A DNA stretch of 64,000 nucleotides. Source: an uncultured Actinomycetota bacterium (lineage in GTDB: Bacteria; Actinomycetota; Actinomycetes; Mycobacteriales; SCTD01). Positions 44,187-53,670 of the stretch are shown piece after piece. The stretch's first letter is position 1. Each line of letters starts with the position of its first letter. Position numbers and translations under genes: made by a program. The DNA is taken from assembly GCA_963762795.1 (NCBI GenBank), contig CAVXMC010000002.1, positions 840,717 to 904,716 of the forward strand, read 5' to 3'. The notes beneath the pieces were generated by a model that saw nothing but the letters and a program-made list of their open reading frames with translations, searched no databases and was not told the origin of the DNA.

Positions 44187-44665
44187 GCACACGTCCTGAT
44201 CACGCACGCGGCCGCGCACGCTCAGCCTGCCCCGGTGTGGACCACGAGGTGCGCGGTGTGGTCGCTGCGGCCGATCCGGGACACAGCCTGATCGTCTGCG
44301 AGGCGGCCCACGCTCGGCGTCGGCCGGAGTGGATCAGGCTGTGTCTCGCCATCGGCCGCGCCCGTCGCCCACTGCGCGCGACCTGCCCGCCCGCCGCCCG
44401 CCGGCCGCGGCTGCCGACCCCGGCCCGCGGCGTCGGCCGCGCCGCCTGACGCCTCGACTGCCGATCCGGACACAGCCTGATCGTCTGCGGGGCGGCCCGC
44501 GCTCGGCGTCGGCCGGAGTGGATCAGGCTGTGTCCCGCAGTCGGCCGCGCCCGTCGCCCCCAGGACGGTCACGCCTGCACACATCGTGATCGTCCGCGGG
44601 CCCTGCGGCCGCTCGACCACGCTCACGACGCCAGCGCGTGGATCACGATGTGTGCGCGCGTGACC
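44187..44665. repeat. Array of four long-spacer inverted-repeat modules with GATC inner ends (two near-identical)
   Basis: GACACAGCCTGATC-N38-GATCAGGCTGTGTC at 44280 and 44469; GCACACATCGTGATC-N49-GATCACGATGTGTGC at 44577; degenerate copy at 44187. Confidence 0.8.
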
Positions 44666-44762
44666 GACGCCGACGCCGACGCCGACGCGGCCCGGCGACC
44701 ACCGGGGGGCGCGTCACTCCCCGCGGCAGCCGTCGCCGCGACGCCCGCCCCCGGACGCGCGA

Positions 44763-44793
44763 CGGCCCGGCTCCCCCGCGGGGGGCCGGGCCG
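44763..44793 (-). terminator. Hairpin downstream of DUF6458 gene
   Basis: CGGCCCGGCTCCCC-N3-GGGGGGCCGGGCCG. Confidence 0.55.
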
Positions 44794-44811
44794 GTCGGGC
44801 GAGCTCGCGGG

Positions 44812-45027
44812 CTAGTAGACGCCGCGGTCGCGGACGACGGTCTCGTCGGTGACCACGCCGCCCGGGCGACGGTTGAGGACGAGCATGGTGAGGAGCAGAC
44901 CGAGCGCCCCTGCGACCATCATGATGTAGCCGACGACCGCGATGTCGAGACCGCTGATGTCGGCGTTCACGGCGAACGCGAGGATCGCGCCGAGCGCGAG
45001 CAGGAAGATGCTGACGCCGATGCCCAT
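44812..45027 (-). CDS. DUF6458-like small membrane protein (copy 1)
   Basis: MGIGVSIFLLALGAILAFAV...GLDIAVVGYIMMVAG; SD GGGAGG. Confidence 0.85.
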   Translation of the reverse strand: MGIGVSIFLLALGAILAFAVNADISGLDIAVVGYIMMVAGALGLLLTMLVLNRRPGGVVTDETVVRDRGVY

Positions 45028-45133
45028 GGTGGTTCCCTCCCGGGGTCGTGCGCACGACGGGACCGCCGTACGCGACGAGGGAGGTACCCCGCGCGGCCGC
45101 GGCGACACCCCGCGACTACAGGCTGTGACCAGA

Positions 45134-45167
45134 ACGGGCCGGCCACCCCGGAGGGTGACCGGCCCGT
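45134..45167 (-). terminator. Hairpin downstream of acyl-CoA dehydrogenase
   Basis: ACGGGCCGGCCACCC-CGGA-GGGTGACCGGCCCGT. Confidence 0.65.
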
Positions 45168-45187
45168 CAGGGCGTACGTGGGCGGGC

Positions 45188-47027
45188 CTAGAACGCGGCC
45201 TCGTCCAGCTCCATCAGCGACAGGTCGGTCGCCTCGGTGACGGCCCGCTTGCTGGTCAGCTCCGGGAAGACCGACGCCGCGAACCAGCGGGCGGCCGCGA
45301 CCTTGCCCTCGTAGAAGGCCTTGTCGCGGGCGGACGCGGTCGGCAGCTTCTCGAGCGCCACGGCGGCCTGGCGCAGCAGCAGCCAGCCGACGACGAGGTC
45401 GCCGAGGGACATCAGCGTGCGGGTGGTGTTCAGGCCCACCTTGTAGATGCTCTCCGGCTGCTCCGCCGACGCCATCAGGTCGTTGACCAGGTGCCCGACC
45501 ATCGCCTGGACGTCCTCGAGCGCCGTGCCGAGCAGGTCGCGCTCACGGGTCAGCGCGCCGTTGCCGGCGTCGCCCTTGGCGAAGTCCTGGATCTCCGCGG
45601 TGAGCCGGCCGAGCGCCTGCCCCTTGTCGCGCACGATCTTGCGGAAGAACAGGTCCATGCCCTGGATCGTCGTGGTGCCCTCGTAGAGGGTGTCGATCTT
45701 GGAGTCGCGGATGTACTGCTCGATGGGGTAGTCCTGCGTGAAGCCCGAGCCGCCGAAGACCTGCAGCGAGGTGGCGAGCAGCTCGTACGCCTTCTCCGAG
45801 CCGTAGCCCTTGACGATCGGCAGCAGCAGGTCGTTCAGGCGCTCCGCCATCTCGTCGACCTCGCCGGCCGCGGTGGTCAGCTCGACCCGGTCCTGCTGCG
45901 AGGCGGTGTAGAAGACCAGCGCGCGCAGGCCCTCGGCCCAGGCCTTCTGGCGCATGAGCATGAGGCGGACGTCGGGGTGGTGCGTGATCGTCACGCGGGG
46001 CGCGGCCTTGTCGGTCTGCCGGGTCAGGTCCGGGCCCCTGGACGCGGATCTTGGCGTACTCGAGCGCGTTGAGGTAGCCGGTCGACAGCGTCGAGATGGC
46101 CTTGGCGCCGACGAACATGCGGGCGTTCTCGATCACCTGGAACATCTGCGCGATGCCGTTGTGCACGTCGCCGACCAGGGTGCCGACGGCGGGCTCGTGC
46201 TCGCCGAAGGTGACCTCGCAGGTGGTGGAGACCTTCAGGCCCATCTTCTTCTCGACGTTGGTGACCTGGACGCCGTTGCGGCCGCCGAGCTCGCCGGTCT
46301 CCAGGTCGACGTGGTGCTTGCTGACGAGGAACAGCGACAGCCCCTTGGTGCCCGGGCCGCCGGCGCCCTCGACGCCCTCGGGGCGGGCGAGGACGAGGTG
46401 GAAGATGTTCTCCGGCCAGTCCCACTCGGCCGAGGTGATGAAGCGCTTGACGCCCTCGATGTGCCAGGTGCCGTCGGCCTGCGGGATCGCCCGGGCCCGG
46501 CCGGCACCGACGTCGGAGCCGGCGTCCGGCTCGGTCAGCACCATGGTGGCGCCCCACTGGCGCTCGATGGCCAGCTCGGCGAAGCGCTGCTGCTCCGGCG
46601 TCCCGTTGCGGTGCAGGATCGCGGCGAAGCCGGCGCCCGAGCCGAACATGTAGATGGCCGGGTTGGCGCCGAGGATCATCTCGTTGGCGGCCCAGCGCAG
46701 GGTGGGCGGGGCGCCGATGCCGCCGAGGCTCTCCGGCAGGTCGAGCTTGTCCCAGCCGCCGTCGGCGTACGCCTGGTAGCTCTTCAGGAAGCTCTTCGGC
46801 AGGGTGACCGTGCCGGCGTCCTTGTCGAAGACCGGCGGGTTGCGGTCGCTGTCGGTGAAGGACGCGGCGAGGTCGTTGACGGCCAGCCGCTCGACCTCGC
46901 GCAGGACGTCCTTCGCGCTGTCGACGTCCAGCTGCGAGAACGGGCCGGAGCCGAGGGACTCCTGCGCCCCGAAGACCTCGAAGAGGTTGAACTCGACGTC
47001 GCGCAGGTTGCTCTTGTAGTGACCCAT
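45188..47027 (-). CDS. Acyl-CoA dehydrogenase (FadE5-like; frameshift near 46036)
   Basis: [57 protein letters not shown]. Confidence 0.93.
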
Positions 47028-47057
47028 GTGCCTGAGGCTCCCGGGGATCGGTGGCGG

Positions 47058-47100
47058 GTTACCCGCCGGTAATGACCCCAGGATGCTACCGAGCGGTAAC
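47058..47100. promoter_or_regulatory. Tandem TTACC-N4-GGTAA operators upstream of acyl-CoA dehydrogenase
   Basis: GTTACCCGCCGGTAAT (47058) and GCTACCGAGCGGTAAC (47085); the second overlaps a minus-strand -10-like TAGCAT. Confidence 0.65.
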
Positions 47101-47110
47101 TCTGGCAACC

Positions 47111-47173
47111 CCTGCCCGGGTGACCCACCCCCGCGGGTCTCCAGGAATGCGCCCGCCCCGTCACCCGGGCAGG
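47111..47173. repeat. Single long-spacer inverted-repeat module
   Basis: CCTGCCCGGGTGAC-N35-GTCACCCGGGCAGG. Confidence 0.55.
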
Positions 47174-47368
47174 TGGTTCATCGTCGAGTTGTCCGCTTTT
47201 CCGCAGGCCTCTGACCTGCGCGGACGTCGTTGTCGCTCCGGGAGCCCCCGGCGTTACGCGTTTCCTGAGAAAGCTTCTCCTGCTCCTTTCCCGTGTGGCC
47301 GGGGAAAGGGCGGGGCAGACCAGGGGCGAACGCGGACCGCCGGTCCGCACCACCTCCTGGAGCACCCC

Positions 47369-47617
47369 ATGGGCATCGGTACGAGCGTCTTCCTGCTGGC
47401 TCTCGGCGCGATCCTGGCCTTCGCGGTCGACGCGTCGGTGAGCGGCCTGGACCTCAGCGTCATCGGCTACATCCTCATGCTGGCCGGTGCCGTCGGGCTG
47501 CTGCTGTCCATGACGCTGCTCGGCCGCCGGGACCGGGTCGTCGCGGACGACCGCGTCGTCGTCGAGGACCGCGCGCCGGTCGTCGAGGACCGCGTGGTGC
47601 GCCGCCGCGCCGTCTAG
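47369..47617 (+). CDS. DUF6458-like small membrane protein (copy 2)
   Basis: MGIGTSVFLLALGAILAFAV...GLDLSVIGYILMLAG. Confidence 0.85.
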   Translation: MGIGTSVFLLALGAILAFAVDASVSGLDLSVIGYILMLAGAVGLLLSMTLLGRRDRVVADDRVVVEDRAPVVEDRVVRRRAV

Positions 47618-47634
47618 TCGCGACGCAGCGACGA

Positions 47635-47668
47635 CGAAGGGCTGGCCGGACCTCCGGTCAGCCCTTCG
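47635..47668. terminator. Hairpin between convergent genes
   Basis: CGAAGGGCTGGCCGGA-CC-TCCGGTCAGCCCTTCG. Confidence 0.6.
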
Positions 47669-48845
47669 CGCCGTGTGCGTGGTCGCACAGGCGGGTCGCG
47701 CCGTCGGCGATCCGGCCGCCGCCGATGCCCTCGAGCGCCGCGAACGGGCCGCAGCGGTGCGTGGTGATCCAGACGTGCACCATCGGCGACGGCACCGGCT
47801 TGACCAGCCCGTTGCGGCAGTTCCCCGTGCTGTCGGTGATCCCGGCGACGAAGCCGCCGGCGTTGAAGCACAGGTCCTCGTGGGTGTGCCACTGCACCAG
47901 CGCGCCGCCGAGGTCCGGCACGGCGCTCAGCGGGGTGCCCGGCTTGAGCATGTACATCGCGGCGACGAGGCGACGGCTGCCCGAGGTGGTGTCGAACACC
48001 AGCGACTCGGGACGGTCCGGGTCCAGCGTGGTGGCGTCGTCGAGGTAGGCCTGGTTGATCAGGTGCTCCGTGCCGGTGAAGCCGTCGCCGATGCTGCGGA
48101 AGCCGGCCTTCTCCGGCACACCTGGCTCGCCCCACTTGGGCAGCCGGGACAGCGTCACGGCGACCAGGTTCTCGGCCGCCGCCTGCTGGCGAGGCGTCAC
48201 GCCGGGGGTGCCGCCGAGGTCGATGGGCAGCGCCGGGTCGTACGGGACGGGCTCCGCGTGCGCGGCGGTCCCCGCGTGCGCGGCGGTCGGTGCGGCACGC
48301 GCTCCCGCACCGCGTCGACGTGCCCGTGCGCCTCCGCGCCGGCGTGCTCGTGGCTGCCGGTGGCGAGGGTGCCGACCAGGGCGATCGCCGAGACGACGCC
48401 GACGGCGCTCCACGCCGGTGCGTGCAGGCCGCCGTCGCTGAGCAGCGCGGCCCCGGCGAGCAGGGTCGCGGCAGCGGCGAGCACCACCGCGGCGGCGTCG
48501 GCCTGCTGGACCGGCTCGGGGACGTCCAGGCCGTCGACGAAGGGCAGGCCGACCGCCTTGGCCATCGCCCAGCCGAGCACCGCCGACAGGCCGACGACGA
48601 CGCCGCTGACGGCCACGAGCCGACCTGCCGCGGACCAGCGCGGCGCCGCCCCACAGCAGCTGCACGGCGGCCAGGGCCGTGAAGACCAGGACGGCGGCGC
48701 GGTGCTCGCTGTGGGCGCCGACCGCCGCGGCGTGCACGGCGCCGGCGCCCAGCGAGGCGGTGCCGGCGACGACGAGCCAGGGCAGGGCCGGGCGGGCGGC
48801 GGGAGCGGGGACCGGCGGGGCCGGCGCGTCGGCGAGCAGCGTCAC
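47658..48845 (-). CDS. Hypothetical membrane protein with His-rich TM region and His/Cys-rich extracytoplasmic domain (frameshifts)
   Basis: GAVHAAAVGAHSEH; GLPFVDGLDVPEPV; TEHLIN, DPDRPESLVF, AAMYML, WHTHEDLC, MVHVWI. Confidence 0.65.
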   Translation of the reverse strand: MTLLADAPAPPVPAPAARPALPWLVVAGTASLGAGAVHAAAVGAHSEHRAAVLVFTALAAVQLLWGGAALVRGRSARGRQRRRRRPVGGARLGDGQGGRPALRRRPGRPRAGPAGRRRRGGARRCRDPARRGRAAQRRRPARTGVERRRRRLGDRPGRHPRHRQPRARRRGGARARRRGAGARAAPTAAHAGTAAHAEPVPYDPALPIDLGGTPGVTPRQQAAAENLVAVTLSRLPKWGEPGVPEKAGFRSIGDGFTGTEHLINQAYLDDATTLDPDRPESLVFDTTSGSRRLVAAMYMLKPGTPLSAVPDLGGALVQWHTHEDLCFNAGGFVAGITDSTGNCRNGLVKPVPSPMVHVWITTHRCGPFAALEGIGGGRIADGATRLCDHAHGAKG

Positions 48846-49017
48846 GGACCGACGCTACGCGCGGGCCCGCGGATCAGCAGCGGAACGCGGGGGTCCGCGG
48901 GGAGCCCCGACCCGGCGAACCCCGCCACCTGCCCTGGGCCATGATGGGACCGGCCGCAGAGGGCGGCCGGTGCCTGGGCAGGCCGGCGCCTGCGACAGGA
49001 CCGGGGGGCGAGCGGCG

Positions 49018-51424
49018 TTGAGCGGGCGCTCCCCGGACGCGGACCCGCGCCGCCCCGCCGGTCAGCCGGTGGCCGCCGGGCTCGTGGAGCTGGCGTCCCG
49101 GCTCCTGGGCGCCGACGAGGCCGAGCTGGTGCCTGCTGGCGGAGGCCACGCAGGGGTCGCCCGCACACGAGGTGCTGTCGGGCGAGGCGCCGCTGGTCGG
49201 GCCGACGCTGCTCGGCGTCCCGGTGCGCAGCGCCGACGGCGAGCCGGTCGGGGCGCTGCTGGTCACGGCGGCGGCCCCGCGCGCCTGGGCCGACGACGAC
49301 GTCACGGCCCTGCAGGCGCTGGCCGACGGCGTGGGCGCCGGCCTGGAGCTGGCGGCGGTCGCGCAGGCGTACGCCTCCGACCGGGTGCGCTGGGACGTCG
49401 CCGTGCAGGCCGCCGACATCGGCTCCTTCGACTGGGACCTGCGCACCGACCGGGTCGACTGGGACGCGCGCATGCAGGCGCTGTTCGGCTACGTGCCGGG
49501 CGAGTTCGTCCCGCACCTGTCCGAGGCCTTCCGCCGCGTGCACCCGGACGACCGCGCCGACGTCGATGCCGCGGTGGCGTCCGCGGTGGCGTCCTGCGGT
49601 GACTACCGCGCGCAGTTCCGGGTGTCGTTGCCCGACGGTGGCGACCGCTGGCTGGTCGCCCGCGGGCGGGCACTGTGCGGGGCGGACGGCACCCCGCTCC
49701 GCCTGATCGGCAGCTGCCTGGACGTCACGGAGGCCCGGACGGCCCGCGACGAGGCCGCGCACCTGCTGGCGACGATGGTGACCGGCTTCGTCTCCCTCGA
49801 CCGCGACTGGCGCGTCACCTACCTGAACCGGGCGGTGCAGCGCGTCCTCGGCACCACCGCGGAGCAGGCCGTCGGCCGGGTGCTGTGGGACTTCTTCCCC
49901 GGCCTGCAGGAGAGCTCCTTCGGCCGGGCCTACCACCGGGCCCGCGACACCGGTCAGCCGGTGGTGGTCGAGGACCACTTCCCGCACCTGGACGCCTGGT
50001 ACGAGGTGCGCGCGGTCCCGCAGCGCGACGGGTTGCACCTGTACTTCCTCGACGTCACGGCGCGCCGGGCCGACCGCCGGCGGGCCGAGGAGTCGGCGGC
50101 GCGGCTGGAGCTTCTCGCCACGGTCAGCGCCGAGCTGGCCGCGACGCTGGACTCCGAGGCGGCCGTCGCCCGGCTGGCCCGGCTCGTCGTCCCGGCGCTG
50201 GCCGACTGGTGCATCGTCACCCTCGTCGAGGAGGACCGGCTCAGCGACATCGGCTGGTGGCACGCCGACCCCGCGCTGCGCCCGCTGGTCGAGCGCTACG
50301 CCGCGCTGCGCATCGACGCGCTCACCGACACCTCGTACGTCCAGCGCGCCCTGGACACGGGCGAGCCCGCGATCGTGGCCGACGGCGCGGTGCTGGCGGT
50401 CAGCCAGGTGCTGCGGCCCGGCGAGGCCCGCGACCTGCTGCAGCAGCTCGCGCCGGAGTCGGCGGCGGTCCTGCCGCTGCGGGCTCGCGGGCGCACGGTC
50501 GGCCTGCTCACGCTCTTCCGCTCGCTGGACCGCGGCACGCTCACCGACGGCGACCTCGCCACCGCCCAGGAGGTCGCCGTCCGCGCCGGCCTCGCGCTCG
50601 ACAACGCCCGGCTGTACGGGCAGCAGCGCAGCCTGGCGGAGGCGCTGCAGCGCAGCCTGCTCACCGACCCGCCGGAGCCCGACCACTCCGAGGTCGTCGT
50701 GCGCTACGTGCCCGCGGCGGAGACGGCCTCGGTCGGTGGCGACTGGTTCGACTCCTTCCTGCAGGCCGACGGCGCGACGACGGTGGTGATCGGCGACGTG
50801 GTCGGCCACGACAGCCAGGCCGCCGCCGCGATGGGGCAGGTGCGCGGGCTGCTGCGCGGCATCGCCTGGTACAGCGGCGCCGGCCCGGCCGACGTCCTCA
50901 CCGGCCTCGACGCCGCGATGGAGGGGCTGCTGGTGAGCACGACGGCGACCGCCGTCGTCGCCCGGCTCGAGCAGACGCCGGAGGAGCGCGAGCGCGGCAC
51001 GACCCGGCTGCGCTGGTCCAACGCCGGCCACCCCCCGCCGATGGTGGTCCACGCCGACGGCACGGTCGAGGTGCTGTCCGGCGCGGAGGCCGACCTGCTG
51101 CTCGGCATCGACCCGCGCACGCCGCGCAGCGAGGTGGTCGTGACGCTGGAGCGCGGCGCCACGGTGCTGCTCTACACCGACGGCCTGGTCGAGCGCCGCG
51201 GTCAGAGCCTGGACGACGGCCTGGAGCTGCTGCGGCAGGCGCTCGGCGACCTGGCCGACCGCACGGTCGACGAGCTGTGCGACGAGCTGCTCGCCCGGAT
51301 GCTGCCTCGGCAGGCCGAGGACGACGTCGCGCTGGTGGCCGTACGGCTGCACGACCAGTCCCGGCCCCGCCCGCCCGAGGCCGGACCCAACGTGGTGCCC
51401 CCGGAGGTCCCGCCGGAGCCGTAG
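49018..51424 (+). CDS. SpoIIE/PP2C phosphatase with GAF-PAS-PAS-GAF sensors (start uncertain; intact from 49172)
   Basis: VHPDDR PAS, ALQRSLL, VGGDWFD, IGDVVGH, NAGHPPP, LYTDGLVE, DDVAL. Confidence 0.92.
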
Positions 51425-51688
51425 TGCGGGGACGCCGGCGTCCTGCCCGCCGCCTCTTCCGCAGCGGCCTGGCCTGCGCCGCGCCGCAGACGCTGGCCGA
51501 CGCGCAGGCCAGCGCGGCTCTGGCGGCGTACGTCGAGGGGGTGGCGCGGCGCGATCTGGACGCGATGGCGGAGGCGGCCTCCCGCCGACCCTGAGCGCTG
51601 TCCGGTAGGCGCCGGTTCGTCCTCGACGATCACGGGAGCCCCGAGCGGGGTACCCGCCGCGCCCGTAGGCTGATCGCCGACGAGGGGG

Positions 51689-52933
51689 GTGGGGACGGTG
51701 GCGGTGCTGCGGTACGGCCGGGCCGACGGCCCGTGGGTGGCGACCCCGGCGCCCGCGACGCCTGCCGTCCCCGAGCTGCCCGTGCCCAGCACGGCGGTCG
51801 TCGTGCCGGACGGCGTGCTGCTGAGCGTCCTGGCCGGTGTGGCCGGCGCCGAGGAGCCCGGCGAGGTCGCCGCAGCGGCGCTCGCCCCGCTCTGCGCCCT
51901 GCCCGGCGTGCGCGCCGGGGCCCTGGTGTCGGCCCCGACCGGCCGCGCGGACCCCGTCGTCCTCGGCGCGCAGGGCTACGACTGCGACACCTTCGCCCCA
52001 GGGGTGGTCCTGCCGCGCGGCGCCGGGCTGCCGGTCACCGAGGCCGTCCGCACCGCGCGCAGCGTCGTCAGCGGCGGCCGCGAGCAGGGGCCGTCCTGGG
52101 TCGCGGTGCACGTGCCCGGGCCCGGCGAGGGCAGCTCCGCGCTGCTGCTCAGCCTGCACGGGCCGGTGCCGGGCCAGGAGTCGCTCGCGGTGCTCGAGCG
52201 CCTGGGTCCCCTGCTCGCGCCGGTGCTCGCCCGCACGGCGCGCAGCGCCCGGTCGCGCGCCGACCTCACCGTGCTCGAGGAGGGGCTGGCCGCCCCGCCG
52301 ACCGCCGCGCCGGGGCTGGCCGTGCGGTCCCGCCCGTTCGAGGGCCGGCTCAGCGGCGACGTCGTCGAGCTGGTCTACGACGGCGCCGCCCGCTGGGTGC
52401 TGCTCGCCGACGTCAGCGGCCGAGGGCACGCCGCCGCGGTGGCCGCCACCCGGCTGCGCTCGGCCTTCCGCGCCGCGGCCCCCGGGGCGGCGGCGCCCAC
52501 CGGCGTGCTCGCCGCGCTCGACCGCGCGCTGGCCGGCGGCGAGGAGGAGTTCGCGACCGCGCTGGTGCTGCGGATCGCCGCAGGACGGGTGGTGGTCGCG
52601 AGCGCTGGCCACGCCGCGCCGCTGGTGCGCACCGACGCCGGGGTGTCGGCCCTGCCCGTGGTGCCCGCCGCCCCGCTGGGGCTGCGCGTCGACGGCCCGT
52701 GGTCACCCGCGGGTGACGTCGAGGTGGCGCTCGACGCGGGCGCCCTGCTGGTCGCCTGCACCGACGGGCTCACCGACCGGGACGGCGAGGTCGACCTGGA
52801 GGCGCTGCTGGGGTCGCTGCCGGCCGCCCGGGGCCCGCACGGTGTCGCCGAGGCCGTCCTGGCGGGGTGCGAGGCGGCCGGCCCGGCCGAGGACGACGCG
52901 ACCCTGCTGGTCCTGGAGCCCGGCTCGCGCTGA
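51689..52933 (+). CDS. Second PP2C/SpoIIE-family phosphatase with degenerate GAF-like N-terminus
   Basis: LSGDVV, LADVSGRG, FATAL, SAGHAAP, CTDGLTD, EDDATLL. Confidence 0.8.
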   Translation: MGTVAVLRYGRADGPWVATPAPATPAVPELPVPSTAVVVPDGVLLSVLAGVAGAEEPGEVAAAALAPLCALPGVRAGALVSAPTGRADPVVLGAQGYDCDTFAPGVVLPRGAGLPVTEAVRTARSVVSGGREQGPSWVAVHVPGPGEGSSALLLSLHGPVPGQESLAVLERLGPLLAPVLARTARSARSRADLTVLEEGLAAPPTAAPGLAVRSRPFEGRLSGDVVELVYDGAARWVLLADVSGRGHAAAVAATRLRSAFRAAAPGAAAPTGVLAALDRALAGGEEEFATALVLRIAAGRVVVASAGHAAPLVRTDAGVSALPVVPAAPLGLRVDGPWSPAGDVEVALDAGALLVACTDGLTDRDGEVDLEALLGSLPAARGPHGVAEAVLAGCEAAGPAEDDATLLVLEPGSR

Positions 52934-52945
52934 GCCGGTCGGCGC

Positions 52946-53395
52946 TCAGGCGACCCGGCCGACGACGTAGTCGCGTCCGGCGAAGGACTGCTTGCGCACG
53001 TGGTCGCCGCTCTGGACGGGCGACCAGATGTCGGAGCCGCCGGCGTAGATGCCGACGTGGCGGATCGTGCCGCTGCGCTTGGTGAAGATGAGGTCGCCGA
53101 CCCGCTTGTCGGAGCGGCCCACGTGGCGCACCGCGTCGTACTGCGCGGCGCTGTTGTGCGGAAGCCGCTTCCCGAGCCGGCTGAAGACGTACATCGTGAA
53201 GCCGCTGCAGTCGAAGGTCGAGGGGCCGGCCGAGCCGTAGCGGTAGGCCTTGCCGATGTGGCGGCGAGCCTCGCTGTCGGCCCGCTGGCCGAGGGTGGCG
53301 GTGGCGGCCTCGGCCGGGGCGGCGGTGACGGCGACGCCGAGCGGCGCGACGACGGTCAGGACGAGCGCGAGCAGGAGGAGCCGGACGTGCGACAA
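52946..53395 (-). CDS. NlpC/P60 (C40) cell-wall peptidase
   Basis: Signal peptide; YRYGSAGPSTFDCSGF, GDLIF, HVGIY; TTG start just after the riboswitch. Confidence 0.92.
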   Translation of the reverse strand: MSHVRLLLLALVLTVVAPLGVAVTAAPAEAATATLGQRADSEARRHIGKAYRYGSAGPSTFDCSGFTMYVFSRLGKRLPHNSAAQYDAVRHVGRSDKRVGDLIFTKRSGTIRHVGIYAGGSDIWSPVQSGDHVRKQSFAGRDYVVGRVA

Positions 53396-53413
53396 GGCAG
53401 AGTTCTTCCCCGC

Positions 53414-53604
53414 ACGCCTACGAGGTGAGCTGTCGGGTTCGGGCCGGGGAACGGCCCGGCCGGTCGTCTGGACGACCGGCTTCACCCCGAGGAGCCCCGC
53501 GAGGAGGCCCCGTGGATCGTGGGTCCCCCGCTCCTGCCCGGTTGCGGTGCCGGCCGGCCGGAGCCGGTCGCGTCGACACGACCCCGTGGGCAGGACTCGG
53601 CGGT
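53414..53604 (-). ncRNA. Cyclic di-AMP (ydaO/yuaA) riboswitch
   Basis: Minus strand: CGCCGAGTCCTGC...GCAGGAGCGGGGGACCCA...GGGGTGAAGCC...GGCCGGG...CCCGAACCCGACAGCTCACCTCGTAGGCG; upstream of a peptidoglycan hydrolase, as usual in actinobacteria. Confidence 0.93.
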
Positions 53605-53670
53605 CCGGGGTCGGTCACCCCTCGTCGAGGGGTGCGGCGACGGTACCCGTTCGGGTGGCTCTCCGGTAGG

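Noticed and set aside
44222-44626. 134-aa ORF with a repeated TQPDPLRPTPS motif
   Set aside because: Simply the translation of the duplicated DNA hairpin units; no SD or coding support.
44187-44665. CRISPR array
   Set aside because: Units are inverted-repeat pairs, the interior is conserved between two units, spacing is irregular, and no cas genes are present.
51424-51594. 56-aa ORF ending in a SnoaL-like helix (AAYVEGVARRDLDAM)
   Set aside because: Too short, N-terminal half is non-coding-like; at best a remnant.
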